Part shown: in pieces, positions 53,818-59,661 of the stretch
Position numbering within the stretch: position 1 is the first letter of the stretch
Layout of the letters: every line of letters begins with the position of its first letter
Source of the DNA: a virus
Lineage: Duplodnaviria > Caudoviricetes
Length of the DNA stretch: 59,661 nt
IMG/VR virus record: IMGVR_UViG_3300049173_000082
Coordinates: 1-59,661 of that record
Reading direction: 5' to 3' (one strand)
Notes under the pieces: generated by a model
What the model saw: the letters and a program-made list of their open reading frames with translations, nothing else
Database searches by the model: none
What the model was told of the DNA's origin: nothing
Position numbers and translations under genes: made by a program

Positions 53818-54348
53818 ATGACAGCCGGGTGGATCAGCGTCTCGACTCCCTACTTGAGCCCCCGTTCCGAGGGCACTCCAGACCCCTGGGTTGCCGAGAC
53901 AGCCGCGCGTGGTCGTGTCGGCTCGCAGCGCCTGTTGTCGGCTGGAGAAGTACCGCCGCCACCGCACGTTGCGGAGGCGTTGGGTGTGCCCAGCGGTGAG
54001 CTTGTGGTGCTGCGGCGTCGACTGATGCTGCTCGACGAGCAGCCTGTCGAGATCACGGATTCCTACTACCCGCACTGGCTGGCCGCTGGCACCGCGTTGG
54101 CTGAGCCGCGGAAGATTCGCGGTGGGGCTGTCACGTTGCTGGCCGAGCTGGGGCACTCTCCGCAACGTGTCCGTGAAGACGTCGAGGCGCGGACTGCCAG
54201 CGCCGAAGAGCGCGATCTGCTCGCCCTCGGGGGCGAATCGCCCGTGCTGGTGCTCTACCGGCTCGTTCTGTCCGACAGGCCCGTTGAGCTCAGCGTCATG
54301 ACCATGGTCGCCGCCAACCGGCGCCTGCGATACGAGCTCACAGTATGA
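53818..54348 (+). CDS. UTRA-domain protein (GntR/HutC-type, lacking the wHTH)
   Basis: VAEALG...PVEITDSYYP..GTALAEPRKIRGG..EDVEAR; paralogous to the C-terminus of the next ORF. Confidence 0.85.
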   Translation: MTAGWISVSTPYLSPRSEGTPDPWVAETAARGRVGSQRLLSAGEVPPPPHVAEALGVPSGELVVLRRRLMLLDEQPVEITDSYYPHWLAAGTALAEPRKIRGGAVTLLAELGHSPQRVREDVEARTASAEERDLLALGGESPVLVLYRLVLSDRPVELSVMTMVAANRRLRYELTV

Positions 54349-54372
54349 CCGCGTCACGATCGGGGGATCACC

Positions 54373-55089
54373 GTGGCCACCAGGCCTAACGAGCGACAGC
54401 ACCAAGACGCGATCGCAGCCGAGATCCGCGCACAGATCATGAACGGAGACCTCGCCCCAGAAGAGCGCCTGCCCAACAACAGCGAGCTGTCGGTGCAGTT
54501 CGCTGTTGCCGGGACCACGATCCAGGCCGCCCTGAAGATCCTCAAGGACGAGGGCTTTCTGGTGGGCAAGAAGGGTCAAGGCGTCTTTGTGCGCTCGGGA
54601 CAACCCTTCGTGGTGGACGTCGCAAACTATTTCCAGCCGTCGCCACGGCAGTACTCGTACGACCTCCTCAAGGTTGTCGAGGTGACCGCACCAGTCCAGA
54701 TCGCGCGTGCTCTTCAGCTGCCAGAAGGCGGCAGCGTGGTGCTCCGGCAGCGACTGTTGCTGCACGACGGCGCGCCGGTTGAGCTGTCGAACTCTTACTA
54801 CCCAGCCGAACTCGTTCGTGGTACTCGGCTTGCCGGCGCGCGCAAGATTCGAGGCGGCGCACCAGCGGTGCTCGCCGATCTCGGCTTTCCGCAGCGCTGG
54901 CTCACCGACGAGGTTTCGACCAGGCCGCCGACCACGGAGGAGCTTGAGATCCTGCAGCTTCCTGGCTCCATGCCTGTCCTGCAGCAGTTCCGGACGATCT
55001 TCTCTGACGAGCAGCGACCGGTTGAAGCGTCGGTGCTGGTGAAGGGCGGGCATCTCTACGTGCTGCGGTATTCGCAACAGATTCACTGA
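54373..55089 (+). CDS. GntR/HutC regulator (KorSA/TraR-like)
   Basis: IAAEIRAQIMNGDLAPEERLP..ELSVQF..TIQAALKILKDEGFL..GQGVFV plus UTRA. Confidence 0.9.
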   Translation: MATRPNERQHQDAIAAEIRAQIMNGDLAPEERLPNNSELSVQFAVAGTTIQAALKILKDEGFLVGKKGQGVFVRSGQPFVVDVANYFQPSPRQYSYDLLKVVEVTAPVQIARALQLPEGGSVVLRQRLLLHDGAPVELSNSYYPAELVRGTRLAGARKIRGGAPAVLADLGFPQRWLTDEVSTRPPTTEELEILQLPGSMPVLQQFRTIFSDEQRPVEASVLVKGGHLYVLRYSQQIH

Positions 55090-55106
55090 CGTCACCTGCC
55101 CTCTTC

Positions 55107-55140
55107 AGGCGCCCTCAGCTTCGGCTGAGGGCGCCTTCTT
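55107..55140 (+). terminator. Intrinsic terminator
   Basis: aggcgccctcagc-ttcg-gctgagggcgcct-tctt. Confidence 0.85.
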
Positions 55141-55150
55141 GCTGTGTCGA

Positions 55151-55189
55151 GCTTGAGGGTTGCAACCTTAAGCGTCTGAGCCTTAAGCT
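55151..55189 (+). promoter_or_regulatory. Promoter of the transfer operon with overlapping operator repeats
   Basis: TTGCAA-N18-TAAGCT; ccttaagc at 55166 and 55181, inverted gcttgagg at 55151. Confidence 0.65.
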
Positions 55190-55254
55190 GACAACCATCC
55201 GCCTCACACTTTGCATGGTGATCGTGTTCCGCACAGGACAGCTAGGAGGGCTCA

Positions 55255-55479
55255 GTGACTGGGCAGACTGTCGGGCTCGCTGAGCCCTTCCACACCGTCG
55301 CCGACATGGTGAAACAGCTGGGACTCAGCCACGCCACCGTGTGCCGACGAATCGAAAACGGCCAGTTCCCTGGGGCTTACAAGGACGGCCAGAAGTGGCG
55401 GATCCCCGAGTCCGCACGGGTGTTTTACCTGCGGAGCATTGGCGCACTGCCGAGCAACGACGAGCCCACGCCCGCCTGA
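55255..55479 (+). CDS. Excisionase-like HTH_17 protein
   Basis: HTVADMVKQLGLSHATVCRRIENGQFPGAYKDGQKWRIP; RBS aggagg. Confidence 0.82.
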   Translation: MTGQTVGLAEPFHTVADMVKQLGLSHATVCRRIENGQFPGAYKDGQKWRIPESARVFYLRSIGALPSNDEPTPA

Positions 55480-55550
55480 GCAGCAAAGGGCCCCGGCAGG
55501 TGCTGCGAACACCGACCAGGGCCAAGAGTCTCGCCACCAAGGAGAGAACC

Positions 55551-55904
55551 GTGCCCCAGTCTGCCACTTCCACCAATTTCCGTCACCTGGACGGGTGCAT
55601 GTACAGCAACGACCCGATTGCCTGTCACGCCAACGGACGCACGTGCCACGCGTCGCACGTCGTCGGCGAGATCCCGCAGGTCAACAACGACACCGCGACC
55701 GTGTCGCTCAACCGCCTCATGGACAGCGTCGGCGGCGGCGACACCTACACCACGACCTGGTTCTCCGAGTTCGGCCAGGACCTCAACTTGTGCCTCTCCC
55801 TCGGCCAGACCGCCCGCCTGATCGAGCTCCTGCAGGGCGCGCTGGCGATGCACGAGCTGTACCGCGACGACGACGACGCCATGCATGCGCAGGTGACGAA
55901 GTGA
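55551..55904 (+). CDS. Hypothetical protein
   Basis: RBS aaggag, GTG start. Confidence 0.7.
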   Translation: MPQSATSTNFRHLDGCMYSNDPIACHANGRTCHASHVVGEIPQVNNDTATVSLNRLMDSVGGGDTYTTTWFSEFGQDLNLCLSLGQTARLIELLQGALAMHELYRDDDDAMHAQVTK

Positions 55905-56455
55905 CCCTCACCTGCAACGTCACCTTCGCCAGCGATGGCACGAAACACCGTGCCTGGAACGTCGGCAATGGTGCCCGCGAGCAGTGGCGTGTGACGTGGA
56001 TGCCTGAACGGCTGCTCACCCAGGGCCAGGCCGAGGCGGCGATGAACATCGCCGAACTGGTCGGTACCGGCTGGGCAAGCCCGAACCAGGGCATCACCGA
56101 CATCAACGACTGGGCCGACGAACTCGGCATGTCCGCCACCGTCGCCGTCCAACTGGTCGCTGACCGCCGCTCCTGGGGCTGCGCCGTCCGCTACGCCGAC
56201 CTCCCCTGGCAGCACAAGACCCTCCTGCTGCTGCTCGGCACCTACTTCGACTCCGCCGGCCGCTATCACCGGCCCACGGTCGCCGAGCTCGCCAAAGCCA
56301 CCGGGCTTGCCGAACAGCACATCGTCGACCTCGCGTTCGACCTCGAACGCGACGGCTGGTTCTCCTGGCATCCGGTGACCGGGGCGGAGTGCAACGCCGA
56401 CCAGCCCTCACGGCTGCTGCAGCTCGACCACATCGTCACCAGTCCCGCTGACTGA
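55901..56455 (+). CDS. Protein with C-terminal winged HTH
   Basis: KTLLLLLGTYFD..RPTVAELAKATGL..DLERDGW. Confidence 0.7.
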   Translation: MTLTCNVTFASDGTKHRAWNVGNGAREQWRVTWMPERLLTQGQAEAAMNIAELVGTGWASPNQGITDINDWADELGMSATVAVQLVADRRSWGCAVRYADLPWQHKTLLLLLGTYFDSAGRYHRPTVAELAKATGLAEQHIVDLAFDLERDGWFSWHPVTGAECNADQPSRLLQLDHIVTSPAD

Positions 56456-56500
56456 TCCGCCGAACACCACCACTGACCTGAAGAACACGAGGAGACCGTC

Positions 56501-56569
56501 ATGAAGCCGAAGTACTGCAAGAAGTGCGGCGGATCGATCGTTGGCGGCTGCTGCGACTGCGTCAACTGA
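56501..56569 (+). CDS. 22-aa Cys-rich micropeptide
   Basis: MKPKYCKKCGGSIVGGCCDCVN, RBS gaggag. Confidence 0.6.
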   Translation: MKPKYCKKCGGSIVGGCCDCVN

Positions 56570-56605
56570 TCTCACCACCGACCTGAAGGACACGAGGGGA
56601 ACCCG

Positions 56606-56878
56606 ATGATCAACCTGTTGACCGGCATGTACGACGACACCAGCCACCCCGGCCCCAACGGTCTCGACCTCGTCGAGAAGCCATGGACGGCTGACGCTCA
56701 CCTTGACGCCATGCGACGCCTGCTCAACGAGGCCACCAACAACCCCGGTGTCGACCCCGCCACGGTCGTCGCCGCGGCACACGTCCACCTCGAGGCCTCC
56801 AAGGCCGCAGCCCGCACGCCCCTGCCGGTCAAGACCGGCCCGGCCCGGATCGTGCGGCGCGAGGGCGACGCTCTCTGA
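56606..56878 (+). CDS. Hypothetical protein
   Basis: 90 aa, RBS gagggg. Confidence 0.7.
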   Translation: MINLLTGMYDDTSHPGPNGLDLVEKPWTADAHLDAMRRLLNEATNNPGVDPATVVAAAHVHLEASKAAARTPLPVKTGPARIVRREGDAL

Positions 56879-56929
56879 TGTCCGCGCCGTCCGCCGAACG
56901 CCTCGTCTGAACCAAGGGAGAACCGCCCC

Positions 56930-57022
56930 GTGAACACCGCCAAGCACGTCTTGCTCGCCGCGCTCGTGTTCCTGTCGATCGCGGTGCCGTTCGTCCTGCC
57001 GCTGTTCTCCGCCTTGCCCTGA
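56930..57022 (+). CDS. 30-aa single-TM peptide (small Spd-like)
   Basis: VNTAKHVLLAALVFLSIAVPFVLPLFSALP, RBS agggag. Confidence 0.6.
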   Translation: MNTAKHVLLAALVFLSIAVPFVLPLFSALP

Positions 57023-57073
57023 CATCGCGCTAACGACCGATCACAAGCTCGAAACGCGAGGGAGATCCCGCCC

Positions 57074-57964
57074 GTGAACACCGCCAAGCCACGCACGTGG
57101 CCCACGCCGCAGCTGCCGAGCGAATGGCCGGTGGCGCTGCTCGCGCTGCCCGCGTTCGTCGCGATCTGGGGCGGCTGGGTCGGCCTCGGCGAACTCACCG
57201 GCTTCGGTCCCGTCAACCTCCTGCCCGGTATCGGCGACGGCTGGACCATCAACTCCGCCATCACCCTCCCGATAGGCGTCGAGGCCTACGCCGCCTACGC
57301 ACTGCGGGTATGGCTGAAGAAAGGCACCGCGCGCAGCGACACCGCACGCCGCTTCGCCATGTGCTCCGCGATCGGCTCGCTCATCCTCGGCGCGGCCGGC
57401 CAGGTCGCCTACCACCTCATGACCGCGTGGGGAATCAAGGTCGCGCCGTGGTGGGTGACGACGTTCGTCTCGTGTCTCCCGGTGATCGTCCTCGGCTGTG
57501 GCGCGGCACTCGCTCACCTCTCCCACACCACGCCCGCGGAGCCCTCCCAGGACACCGTCTCCGCACCCTCCTCAACCCCGCTCGTTCCTGTCCTCCCTGA
57601 CCCCTCAGGAGGGCAGGAGCCCGCCCTCCCGGTCACGTCCCCCCAACCCCAGGTGGTGACCGGGACGGCACCCGAGGGGGCCTCCTCACCCTCCCCCGAG
57701 GAGGCCTCCCAGGAGGGGCGCGGAGGACTCCGTCTCGTCCCCTCCCGCAAGCTCCTGGGAGGCGCCAAGACGACCTCCCGCAAGGCCTCCCAGAAGCCCT
57801 CCTGCCCCGACGAGGAGGTGTTCGCGGCGATCGCCTCCTACGAGCAGGAGCACAAGAAGCTCCCGTCCCCGAACTGGCTCAAGACGAACCTCCGTGGTGT
57901 CGGCGCTGACCGCGCCAAGACCCTCCTGGACACGTACACCACCGAGCAGGAGGCCCTGGCATGA
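57074..57964 (+). CDS. SpdB2-like intramycelial spread membrane protein
   Basis: Four TM segments (LPAFVAIWGGWVGLG, LPIGVEAYAAYAL, GAAGQVAYHL, SCLPVIVLG), Pro-rich linker, C-terminal HTH-like segment. Confidence 0.72.
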   Translation: MNTAKPRTWPTPQLPSEWPVALLALPAFVAIWGGWVGLGELTGFGPVNLLPGIGDGWTINSAITLPIGVEAYAAYALRVWLKKGTARSDTARRFAMCSAIGSLILGAAGQVAYHLMTAWGIKVAPWWVTTFVSCLPVIVLGCGAALAHLSHTTPAEPSQDTVSAPSSTPLVPVLPDPSGGQEPALPVTSPQPQVVTGTAPEGASSPSPEEASQEGRGGLRLVPSRKLLGGAKTTSRKASQKPSCPDEEVFAAIASYEQEHKKLPSPNWLKTNLRGVGADRAKTLLDTYTTEQEALA

Positions 57965-58770
57965 GCTGGCCCCCCGAAGGCTCCAAGCCCCCGGTTTCAC
58001 CCCTGCCCGCACCCGCGCCGAAGCAGCGATCGCAGCGGCCCTCACCTCAGGCCTCACCTGGTGAGACCGACGGTGAGATCAGGGTGAAACCGCAGGCCAA
58101 GGCCACCGCGCCGCAGCCGCCGCAGTTCGGCCACGACGGCATCGACCCACGCCGTGCCGCTGTGATCCTGGGCCTGCCGATGCTCGCGGTGGCTGGCACG
58201 CTGCTCGCGCTGTTCGCCTCCACCACGGTGTGGTGGATCGCCGCCGGAGTCGCCGCCGCAGCCGTCACGGGAGGTGTCATCCTGCGCCGCTCCAGGAGGG
58301 CACGCGGCACACTCAGGAGGCTCCCCGGCGCCGGGAGGGTGGCCTCCGGACTCAGGAGGGCATCGAACGGGAGGTTCGCCCGCTCGCCTCTCGGGAGGGC
58401 GTTCAACCGGGCCATCAGGAGGCCCTCCTCGGGAGGTTCTTCGGGAGGTTCTTCGTCCCGCCCGAAGAGCCTCCGCGGGAGGCTCCGCTCCCTCCTCCCC
58501 GCGTGGGCGGGAGGCGCCCGTAAACCCTCCTCCTCGAACAGCACGGGAGGCTCCGGGAGGTCCTCCTCGGGAGGGCGGATGCGGTCGATGCTGTCGCGTC
58601 TCAAGCCGGGAGGAGGACGCCGCCCGTCCTCCTCGGGAGGTTCTTCGGGAGGCCGTCGCGGAAAGCCCGGAGGCGCCTCCCAGGGTGGCTCGAAGACGAA
58701 ACCGGGGAGCCTCCTCGGGAGGGCCTCCCGCTCGGTCAGCACCGCCACCCGGAGAGCCTCCCGAGCCGTC
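57540..58770. repeat. Dense CCTCC/GGAGG palindromic repeats embedded in coding sequence
   Basis: e.g. cctcccaggagg, cctcctcgggagg (several copies), ttcttcgggagg, ctcaggagg. Confidence 0.7.
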
Positions 58771-59661
58771 GGGGCGAAGCTGTTCGGCACCCGCCCCAGT
58801 GCCTCCTCGGCCAGCGGGGGCGGCCCGAGAAAGCCGAAGCGCAAGGGCAAGAAGAAGCATCACGGCAACGACACAGCGGTCGACGCCGATGCCGTCCTGA
58901 ACGGCGCCGACAAGGTCGGGCGGCTTCTCGGCCGCGGCCTCCTCGCCATCATCGAACCACTCCGAGGACTACGTCGGCCGAAGAAGCCCAAGCACCCGCT
59001 GGACGACTTCGACCCATCGCAGACCTACGAGTGCGGCATTGATGGCGAGGTCATCGACGGCAAGCACACCGACGCCAAGCTCGGCCGGATCGCGAAACGT
59101 GCGAAGAAGCTGGCCAAGCAACGCGCCAAGCAGGAAAAACAGCCCGAGCCTGAACCGGAGTGGCCGAACGTCGAACCGCACGACGGCTCATGGCCAGCAA
59201 CCGACCCAGACGACGGCGCCGCGCCACCAGAGCGGTCATTACCGGCCGAGCGGGACCACGACCCGCCACCGGAGTCGCCCTACGACAACGAGGAACTCCG
59301 CGCCCGCAACGAGCAGGCAAGACGCGAACGTCTGCGCGCAGAGAGAGAGCACCTCGCCCAGGCCCAGAAAGCCATGGAGGAGTACGGCCGCCACTGGAAA
59401 GACGGCAGTGGGCGGTGGATCACCCATGAGGAATTCATCGGTACCGGGGAGCCACCACCCGTTATCACCAGCACAAACACCACTGGAGGAAAGCCGATGG
59501 CTGTCTCACCGACGATGCACAACGACCTCATCACCACCGCTGCCAGCCGCCAGGAGGGCTGGCAGCTCGCCTCGGACGCGTTCCGTCGGGACGCCGACCG
59601 GTTCGAGCAGAACGCGAAGGATCACGACACCGCAGCCAGCGCGTTCCGCTCCACCGGCAAC
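57961..59661 (+). CDS. Large membrane protein of the transfer module (runs off the window end; absent from the ORF track)
   Basis: Translated by hand: open for 567 codons from ATG 57961 (ATGA-coupled to the spdB2-like gene); two TM helices, S/G/R-rich region; in-frame internal ATG 59497 with GGAGGA. Confidence 0.8.
   Translation, partial: MSWPPEGSKPPVSPLPAPAPKQRSQRPSPQASPGETDGEIRVKPQAKATAPQPPQFGHDGIDPRRAAVILGLPMLAVAGTLLALFASTTVWWIAAGVAAAAVTGGVILRRSRRARGTLRRLPGAGRVASGLRRASNGRFARSPLGRAFNRAIRRPSSGGSSGGSSSRPKSLRGRLRSLLPAWAGGARKPSSSNSTGGSGRSSSGGRMRSMLSRLKPGGGRRPSSSGGSSGGRRGKPGGASQGGSKTKPGSLLGRASRSVSTATRRASRAVGAKLFGTRPSASSASGGGPRKPKRKGKKKHHGNDTAVDADAVLNGADKVGRLLGRGLLAIIEPLRGLRRPKKPKHPLDDFDPSQTYECGIDGEVIDGKHTDAKLGRIAKRAKKLAKQRAKQEKQPEPEPEWPNVEPHDGSWPATDPDDGAAPPERSLPAERDHDPPPESPYDNEELRARNEQARRERLRAEREHLAQAQKAMEEYGRHWKDGSGRWITHEEFIGTGEPPPVITSTNTTGGKPMAVSPTMHNDLITTAASRQEGWQLASDAFRRDADRFEQNAKDHDTAASAFRSTGN

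Larger units (their letters stand above)
1..59661. mobile_element. Temperate actinomycete siphophage genome (excised/circularly permuted form) carrying a TraB-type conjugation module
   Basis: Complete ordered terminase-portal-capsid-tail-lysis module, integrase, repressor/Cro and replication genes; no host housekeeping genes seen. Confidence 0.93.

Noticed and set aside
53491-55095. 534-aa minus-strand ORF
   Set aside because: Antisense to the two GntR/UTRA genes; a short Cys-containing tail near 53491-53630 cannot be excluded but is unsupported
57540-58770. GGGAGG units as canonical KOPS for the gamma-domain protein
   Set aside because: They do not match GGGNAGGG consistently and occur in both orientations
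53818-59661. Autonomous AICE inserted in the phage
   Set aside because: No Rep or own integrase seen and no flanking att repeats found by eye; holds only if the gap at the window ends is small
1-59661. tRNA, tmRNA or rRNA genes
   Set aside because: None recognised in intergenic regions by eye; a covariance-model scan is needed to exclude them

Overview
High-GC actinomycete temperate siphophage genome, apparently near-complete and read from its excised (attP, circular) form: the integrase has phage genes on both sides, and the ORFs cut by the two window ends appear to be one gene. About 50 kb (3.2-53.4 kb, mostly minus strand) is a full phage. It has an early region (RusA, HigA-like, ASCH, C5 methyltransferase, DpdA/TGT-like, WhiB, DUF5131, iteron-bearing replication initiator, HNH, Arr-like ADP-ribosyltransferase), a Cro/repressor switch, attP plus tyrosine integrase, lysis genes, a complete tail and head, terminases and a probable cos. 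The other ~9 kb (53.8 kb to the end, continuing through 1-3.2 kb, plus strand) is a Streptomyces-plasmid/AICE-type dsDNA conjugation module: two GntR/UTRA regulators, an Xis-like HTH, micropeptides, an SpdB2-like membrane protein, a large membrane protein and a TraB (FtsK/SpoIIIE) translocase flanked by CTCACC repeat arrays (candidate clt). I see no Rep or integrase in this module. The main candidate discovery is therefore a phage that may spread both as virions and by TraB-mediated hyphal conjugation. All product calls come from motif recognition by eye; no database searches were run.
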